NCBI GenBank assembly: GCA_016788205.1
Contig: JAEUTA010000031.1
Span: 42,576 to 106,575 of the forward strand
Length of the DNA: 64,000 nt
Source: Flavobacteriales bacterium
GTDB taxonomy: Bacteria; Bacteroidota; Bacteroidia; Flavobacteriales_F; PHOS-HE28
Direction of reading: 5' to 3'
This document shows positions 58,013 through 64,000 of this stretch, one piece after another. The position numbers and the translations under genes are program-made. Position 1 is the stretch's first letter, and every line of letters starts with the position of its first letter. Under the pieces are notes generated by a model that was given only the letters and a program-made list of their open reading frames with translations, searched no databases and was not told the origin of the DNA.

Positions 58013-59281
58013 TCACTTCCATCCGGAAATGAAGTCTTTCAACAGCGCGTACAGCTCGGGGAACTTGGTGAGGGGCAGTTGTTCCTCCCTATCCTGCACA
58101 TCGTGATAAGCGGCCGTGCCACCCATGGTGTAGATGAACAACGCTGGAATGTTCTTCTGCACGAAGGGGCAATGATCGCTGTTGCAGGCCGGACCGCGCG
58201 GTTTCACCTGGGGCAGGTACTTCTTCTCCGTGTTGATCGCCACCAGTCGATCGAACAAGGCCTGTTGTGCGGTGGCATTCACCACGGTGATGCCGTCATC
58301 ACCGGTGCCGAGGATGTCGAGGTTGAGCATCAGCTTGATCTTCGACAAGTCGATCGGCCGGTCCACGATGAACCATTCCGAACCCACGAGCCCGGCTTCT
58401 TCGCCCGCGAACGCCACGAAGAGGATGTTGTGCTTCGGCTTGTGCTTGCTGAACCATTCGGCCAGCGACAACATCATGGCCACACCGCTCGCATTATCGT
58501 TCGCGCCCGGGAACAACGCATCGGGGCCCATGTGGCCCAGGTGGTCGTAGTGCGCACCGATCACGATCCACTTGCTGCCCTTCCCCTTTACCCAACCCAG
58601 CACGTTGCGCGCCTCGTGACGTGCCAGTAATTTGTTCTGCACCTGCAGTTCTACTGTGAGCGAACTATCGGTGATGGTGTTGGGCAGCACTTCGATCAAC
58701 GGGAACGGACGCGCCTCCTGCGCCACGCCCCACGTCAGCTTGCCGGTGGTGGTCTTCACCACAGGGCAGAAGTGCATCAGTTCGCGCTCCACATCGTCGA
58801 AGAGCCTGAGCGAATCGCCGTTAGTGGTCCTGGGAAAATGAAGGCATGCGGCCTTGCCCGAGAGCACACCCATGCTCATGGCGCGCGGTGCGGGATCCAG
58901 CAGATCCTCGGGGCTCAGGTGCACCAGATCAAAACGACCCGAAGCCTTGCCCGATGCCGGGTGTACGATGAAGTCCGTGCCGGGTAAGAGCCTCCTCCCA
59001 TCGATGGTCACCTTCACGCTGTCCGGGAAACTGTTCACGTTGAACTGGAATGGCTCGAAGTAGTCGGTCTTCAACGGCAAAAGGCCCATGCGCGTGAACT
59101 GCTGCGCGATCCAATCCGCCGCAAGCCCATCGCCGCTCTCCACATAACCACGGCCATGAAGCGCAGGCGCAGTAAGGTTCTTCACGTACTTGCGGGCGTT
59201 GCTGCGTACGGCATCCGCCTCTTGCGCGAACGCCGATGTGCAGAGCAGCACCAGGTGGATCAGGAGCAGTCGTGTTCTCAT
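58013..59281 (-). CDS. M28-family zinc aminopeptidase.
   Basis: A signal peptide, then GAHYDHLGH...NDNASGVAMMLSLA...FAGEEAGLVGS metal-ligand motifs. Confidence 0.8.
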   Translation of the reverse strand: MRTRLLLIHLVLLCTSAFAQEADAVRSNARKYVKNLTAPALHGRGYVESGDGLAADWIAQQFTRMGLLPLKTDYFEPFQFNVNSFPDSVKVTIDGRRLLPGTDFIVHPASGKASGRFDLVHLSPEDLLDPAPRAMSMGVLSGKAACLHFPRTTNGDSLRLFDDVERELMHFCPVVKTTTGKLTWGVAQEARPFPLIEVLPNTITDSSLTVELQVQNKLLARHEARNVLGWVKGKGSKWIVIGAHYDHLGHMGPDALFPGANDNASGVAMMLSLAEWFSKHKPKHNILFVAFAGEEAGLVGSEWFIVDRPIDLSKIKLMLNLDILGTGDDGITVVNATAQQALFDRLVAINTEKKYLPQVKPRGPACNSDHCPFVQKNIPALFIYTMGGTAAYHDVQDREEQLPLTKFPELYALLKDFISGWK

Positions 59282-59955
59282 GCGTAACGGCGTTCCACGA
59301 GTTCGTTGAAGGTGGCCAGGGCTTCGGGGTCGGCGGGTTTCTTCAGCTTTCCGACGACCTCGGCCGCGATGAAGGCGTTGGCTTCCGCAAGGTCGTTGAA
59401 GGCGTTGAGCTGCTCGATGGACTTCTCGTAGCTGATCCGGTCGCCATTGAAGAGCTCGGCCACGAACCAGAACTTGTGGCTGAGCGAGATGGCCTTGCCG
59501 AGATCCGCCACGGCGGCTTTCTCCAGCTTCTCTGCGACCGACGGGGCCATTTTCGCAGCGGCCTCCGGCGCACCATGCGCCGCTGGTGCTTTGGCAGGCT
59601 CCTGCTTCTCGGTGTGCTCGATGGCATCGATCAAGGAGGTCTGGCGGGCAGCCGGTTCCGCCGGCGGGCGTGTATCCAGGCGCACGGAGCGCTCCTCTGG
59701 AACGGTCGGTAGTGCTGGTTCTCGCATGGTGTTCTGCGGGGCTTTCGTAGGAGGTGCTTCCACCGCCTGGCCACCCACTTGCGCCTCGCGGGCCTTGTGG
59801 CGCAGCACGATCAGGCGTTCATACAATTCGCGGGCATCATCGCACGCGGCCTCCAGGCCATCTGCGCCCAGTGCACCGCTGGTCAGTCCCTTGTCCGCCG
59901 CGGCCAGTGCCGCCACCAGTTCATTGATCCTCCGGAATGGCTTGTCCGTGCTCAT
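59278..59955 (-). CDS. Hypothetical protein, Ala/Pro-rich in the middle.
   Basis: Start chosen at [14 protein letters not shown] conserved-looking C-terminus ([25 protein letters not shown]). Stop overlaps the M28 start. Confidence 0.45.
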   Translation of the reverse strand: MSTDKPFRRINELVAALAAADKGLTSGALGADGLEAACDDARELYERLIVLRHKAREAQVGGQAVEAPPTKAPQNTMREPALPTVPEERSVRLDTRPPAEPAARQTSLIDAIEHTEKQEPAKAPAAHGAPEAAAKMAPSVAEKLEKAAVADLGKAISLSHKFWFVAELFNGDRISYEKSIEQLNAFNDLAEANAFIAAEVVGKLKKPADPEALATFNELVERRYA

Positions 59956-60049
59956 GCTGCTGCTCGTTCGTTCACACGCGTCCCTGCGAAGATCCCTATT
60001 TTCGCACACCCGCCAACGCCCGAAGCTAACAACACCCCGGGCCCCTTCG

Positions 60050-60646
60050 ATGTTCCTGGAGCATACCGGACCACACGGTCCACGCAAAGGCTGGATCGAA
60101 GTGATCTGTGGAAGCATGTTCTCCGGGAAAACGGAAGAGCTCATCCGCCGATTGCGCCGCGCTGAATTCGCCAAGCAGAAGGTGGAGATCTTCAAGCCTG
60201 GCGTGGATACCCGCTACCATGCAGTGGACGTGGTGAGCCACGAGGGCACCACCATCCGCAGTACGCCCGTGCCCAACAGCACCAACCTACTCCTGCTCAC
60301 CAACGACATCCAGGTGGTGGGGATCGACGAGGCGCAGTTCTTCGATGACGGCCTGCCCGCCGTGTGCGAACAGCTCGCCAACAGCGGCATCCGCGTGATC
60401 ATCGCCGGGTTGGACATGGATTTCCAAGGCCGCCCCTTCGGCCCGATGCCCGCACTGATGGCCATCGCCGAGTACGTGACCAAGGTGCACGCCATCTGCA
60501 TGCACTGCGGCGGCCTGGCCACCTTCAGCCACCGCAAAACCGCGAGCCAGGAATTGGTGGTGCTCGGTGAGACCGACAGTTACGAACCCTTGTGCCGGAG
60601 CTGCTTCCAGGCGGCGTTGAACGCACAGCACCCCGCCAGACCATGA
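60050..60646 (+). CDS. tdk: Thymidine kinase.
   Basis: [15 protein letters not shown]-loop and C-terminal Zn-ribbon cysteines (CMHCG...CRSC). Collinear with E. coli Tdk. Confidence 0.9.
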   Translation: MFLEHTGPHGPRKGWIEVICGSMFSGKTEELIRRLRRAEFAKQKVEIFKPGVDTRYHAVDVVSHEGTTIRSTPVPNSTNLLLLTNDIQVVGIDEAQFFDDGLPAVCEQLANSGIRVIIAGLDMDFQGRPFGPMPALMAIAEYVTKVHAICMHCGGLATFSHRKTASQELVVLGETDSYEPLCRSCFQAALNAQHPARP

Positions 60647-63024
60647 GCGTGTGGCGATACTCGTTGTCCACCATTACGAAGGCCGTTGACGGGCGCGTGG
60701 TGGGCGATGGTGCATTCCAAGTAGACGATGTGTCCATTGACTCCCGCGGAGGCGTTCTCCCGACGACCCTTTTCGCGGCGCTGAAAGGACCACGGCACGA
60801 TGGGCACGATCACATCCGCGAACTGCACCGCTTGGGGGTTCGGGCCTTCCTGGTGAATGAGGACAACGCGGGATCGGTCGCTGGCATGAACGCGATCGTC
60901 GTCCCCGACAGCATGGATGCGTTGCAGCGGTTCGCCGCCTGGCACCGGGGACACTTCAACATCCCGGTCATCGGCATCACCGGCAGCAATGGCAAGACCA
61001 TCGTGAAAGAATGGCTGTTCCAGATGCTGCATCGCGAAGAGAACATTGTGCGCAGTCCGGGTAGTTGGAACAGCCAGGTGGGTGTGCCGCTGAGTGTGCT
61101 GCAGATGGCGCCCGAACACACGCTGGCCATTTTCGAAGCAGGCATCAGCCAGCCGGGGGAAATGGAAAAGCTGGAAAAGATCATCCGGCCGACGATCGGT
61201 GTACTTACGAACATCGGCGATGCACATGACGATGGGTTCGGGGCGGATCCTGAACTGAAGGAACAGGAGAAGCGCGTGCTTTTCACCAAGGCCGATGCGG
61301 TGCTCGACGAACGTTCGTTGAACGTCACAAGCATCAGCGAACGAGCTGGATCGTCTTCGATACGTGCAACGCATGATGGACAGGAATATGACTTCCTGAT
61401 CCCGTTCAGCGACCATGCCAGCATCAGCAACGCCCTCACCTGCATCTCCGTCTGCCTGCATCTAGGTCGAAGTGCCGCATGGATCAACCAGCGGCTCGCG
61501 CAGCTCACACCCGTGGACATGCGCCTGCGCACCATGCAGGGTGGCCACGGCACCACGTTGATCGACGATAGCTACAGCCTGGATCGCAGCTCGCTCATGT
61601 CGGCCCTTGATCACTTGCGCCGCACCGCGCATGGTCGTGACCAAGTGGTTGTTCTGAGCGATGTCGCTGAACATGGCCATGATGAAGCCGAGCTCTATGC
61701 GGCCATCGCTACAGCACTGCAACAGCGCGGTGTGCATCGCCTCATCGCCGTTGGACCACGCCTGCTCGCACATCGTGCGCTCTTCCCACCGGACACCAGC
61801 TTCCATCCGGATGTGGACGCTTTGCTGCGCACGGATGCGCTCGTTTCATCGCCGGGAGCCGTCGTGCTGATCAAAGGCGCACGGAGCTTCGGCTTCGAGC
61901 GAATCGTGGAACGCTGGCAACAGCAGGTACACGGCACCGAGCTGGTGATCGACCTCGAAGCGATCAGGCATAACCTGAACCACTACCGCGCATCGATCGC
62001 CACCGGTGTGCGCACCATGGCCATGGTGAAGGCCTTCGGCTACGGCAGCGGTGCGCTGGAACTGGCACGGCTCTTCGAGCATGAGCGCGTGCACTACCTC
62101 GGCGTGGCCTATGCCGATGAAGGCATCGAATTGCGCACGCATGGCATCACCATGCCCATCATGGTGATGAACCCCGAGCCCGTTGACATGGGTACTTTGC
62201 ACCGTTTCCGGCTGGAGACCGAGGTGTATGATCAACGCTCCTTGCGCGAAGCGATCACCGCCGCTGAACGCATGGCTGATGCACCACCCGTCCACCTCAA
62301 GCTGGATACGGGTATGCACCGCTTGGGCTTCGTGGAACGCGAGCTACCGGAGTTGCTCAACACCTTGCGCGAGCGCGGATCGTTGACCGTGGCCTCCATC
62401 CTCTCGCACCTCGTGGCCAGCGAAGAACCCGCGCAGGACGACTTCACGCGTGGGCAGATCGCAGCGTTCACACGCATGGCCAACGCCATCGGCGAGGTGC
62501 TCGGCTACAAGCCGCTCTGGCACATGGCGAACACCGCCGGTATCGCGCGCTGGCCCGAAGCACACTTCGACATGGTACGCGTCGGCATCGGTCTGCATGG
62601 CATCGGCGCGAACGCGGCAGAGACCGCCAAGCTGATGCCCACCATGACATTGCGCACACCTATCGCACAACTGAAACAACTCACAACCGGAGAGACCGTG
62701 GGCTACAACCGGCGCGGTGTCATCACCGGTGATCGCACCATCGCCACGCTGCCGATCGGTTATGCGGATGGGCTTTCCCGACGCCTGGGCAATGGCGTGG
62801 GTCGTGTTTGGATCGCCGGAAAAGCAGCGCCCATCATCGGCAGTGTGTGTATGGACATGTGCATGGTGGATGTGACAGGCATCAACTGCTCCGTGGGCCA
62901 GATGGCTTTCGTCTTCTACCGCGAACACCCCGTTTCCGAAGTGGCGAAGGACATGGGCACGATCCCCTACGAAGTGCTCACGAGCATTTCGCAGCGGGTG
63001 AAGCGGGTGTATGTGCGGGGGTGA
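60643..63024 (+). CDS. murF: Bifunctional UDP-N-acetylmuramoyl-tripeptide--D-alanyl-D-alanine ligase (MurF) / alanine racemase (Alr).
   Basis: The N-terminal ~430 aa is a Mur ligase ([14 protein letters not shown]). The C-terminal ~370 aa is a PLP alanine racemase ([15 protein letters not shown] motif). Start overlaps the tdk stop as ATGA. Confidence 0.85.
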   Translation: MSVWRYSLSTITKAVDGRVVGDGAFQVDDVSIDSRGGVLPTTLFAALKGPRHDGHDHIRELHRLGVRAFLVNEDNAGSVAGMNAIVVPDSMDALQRFAAWHRGHFNIPVIGITGSNGKTIVKEWLFQMLHREENIVRSPGSWNSQVGVPLSVLQMAPEHTLAIFEAGISQPGEMEKLEKIIRPTIGVLTNIGDAHDDGFGADPELKEQEKRVLFTKADAVLDERSLNVTSISERAGSSSIRATHDGQEYDFLIPFSDHASISNALTCISVCLHLGRSAAWINQRLAQLTPVDMRLRTMQGGHGTTLIDDSYSLDRSSLMSALDHLRRTAHGRDQVVVLSDVAEHGHDEAELYAAIATALQQRGVHRLIAVGPRLLAHRALFPPDTSFHPDVDALLRTDALVSSPGAVVLIKGARSFGFERIVERWQQQVHGTELVIDLEAIRHNLNHYRASIATGVRTMAMVKAFGYGSGALELARLFEHERVHYLGVAYADEGIELRTHGITMPIMVMNPEPVDMGTLHRFRLETEVYDQRSLREAITAAERMADAPPVHLKLDTGMHRLGFVERELPELLNTLRERGSLTVASILSHLVASEEPAQDDFTRGQIAAFTRMANAIGEVLGYKPLWHMANTAGIARWPEAHFDMVRVGIGLHGIGANAAETAKLMPTMTLRTPIAQLKQLTTGETVGYNRRGVITGDRTIATLPIGYADGLSRRLGNGVGRVWIAGKAAPIIGSVCMDMCMVDVTGINCSVGQMAFVFYREHPVSEVAKDMGTIPYEVLTSISQRVKRVYVRG

Positions 63025-63120
63025 TGCCTTCAGCCTTCCAACAGCGGCAGGCATTGGCAAACCCCAACGGCTCGTCCCCGAAGAGCGCTCCCCTAACTTT
63101 GAAGCCTAGCGAAAACCTCG

Positions 63121-64000
63121 TATGCGTCTGCTCACTCTCCTGGCCGCTATGGCCTTATCCAGTCTGACACACCTGCAGGCACAACCTCCTGAGATCGTGG
63201 CTGGCGACCTGCTCGTCATGCTCACACCCGCTGGCGACATCGACTTGGTGGCGAAAGACCTGGAACAGGTGAACGGCACGATGACCGGTGTGCGTGTGGT
63301 GCGCGAGGTGAGCAAGCCGATGCGCACATGGAAACTGGTGTTCGATGCTACCGCACTGCAACAAGCTGCCATGTTGCGTGCAGTGCGCAACCACCCTGCT
63401 GTGCAACTCGCGCAGAACAACCATGTCTTGAAGCCACGCGAAATGCCGGACGATACGCAGTACGCCGACCAGTGGCATCACCAGAACATCAACAGCGAAG
63501 CCGCTTGGGCCATCAGCACGGGCGGCCTGACCGCCGATGGCGACACCATCGTGGTGTGTATCATCGAGAACTGCGACATGCCGCACGAAGATCTGCTGGC
63601 CAACGCCTGGTTCAACCACCAGGAGATCCCGGACAACGGGGTGGACGATGATGCGAACGGCTACGTGGATGACCACCGAGGTTGGAACCCGAACTCCCAG
63701 ACAGACGAGGTGTACAGCGGTAGCCATGGTACACAAGTGGCTGGCATGATCGGTGCTGTGGGCGACAACGGACAAGGCGTGGCAGGTGCCAACTGGGCGG
63801 TGAAAATGATGATCGTATTCAACAGCGGTGCCAACGACGAAGGGGTGGTGGCCAGCCACAGCTACCCGCTCACCATGCGCAGACTCTATAATGAGACCAA
63901 CGGCCAAAAAGGCGCCTTCGTGGTGGCTACTAACGCTAGCTGGGGCGTTAACGGCGGGCAGCCGGAAGATGCGCCACTGTGGTGCGCCATGTACGACAGC
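63121..64000 (+). CDS. S8-family (subtilisin-like) serine peptidase, N-terminal part; runs off the window end.
   Basis: Signal peptide MRLLTLLAAMALSSLTHLQAQ. Catalytic Asp region (VCIIENCD), DDANGYVDDHRGWN, and the His motif GSHGTQVAGMIGA. No stop before position 64000. Confidence 0.8.

Overview
This 64 kb window reads as a high-GC chromosomal segment from a Bacteroidota-type bacterium. Evidence for that: five proteins end in T9SS/Por C-terminal sorting domains; the window carries alternative complex III (ACIII), a delta-60 repeat protein, a tricorn protease and a MurF-Alr fusion; and overlapping ATGA start/stop junctions are frequent. It is densely coding (about 55 genes). I found no rRNA, tRNA, CRISPR array, integrase, transposase or phage genes.

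The main blocks, in order:
- The 3' end of an ACIII respiratory operon on the minus strand, actA-actB-actC. ActA carries six CxxCH heme motifs.
- The rimP-nusA-infB operon.
- A large secreted MORN/YwqK-repeat protein.
- A pentaheme c-type cytochrome with a T9SS sorting domain, translationally coupled to a MOSC-domain protein and followed by a YhhQ-type queuosine-precursor transporter.
- A YdeP/FdhF-family molybdoenzyme followed by a membrane-anchored diheme cytochrome c, with fdhD, grpB and tag upstream.
- A nearly complete, tightly overlapped molybdenum-cofactor biosynthesis operon: moeB, TSUP transporter, moeA, mobA, moaD, moaE, moaC/moaB fusion. moaA sits about 1 kb further along on the opposite strand, just beyond an NdpA-like gene.
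- Two tandem paralogous lipoproteins.
- Two CRTAC1-like (FG-GAP plus ASPIC/UnbV) T9SS proteins flanking a DAHP-synthase/chorismate-mutase fusion and a diheme c-type cytochrome lipoprotein.
- A heavy-metal RND efflux operon (adaptor, CzcA/CusA-type pump, TolC), preceded by a His-rich small protein.
- A tricorn protease homolog with a Lys/Glu-rich insertion.
- Housekeeping genes: rsmI, an M28 peptidase, tdk, the murF-alr fusion, and a partial S8 peptidase at the window end.

The strongest candidate for something new is the T9SS-exported multiheme cytochrome coupled to a MOSC molybdoenzyme, set in a window that also encodes the full Moco supply chain and a second YdeP-type molybdoenzyme with its own cytochrome. 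Second is the paired-CRTAC1 module with its diheme lipoprotein. Third is the roughly 1 kb gene-poor stretch at 43.6-44.65 kb.
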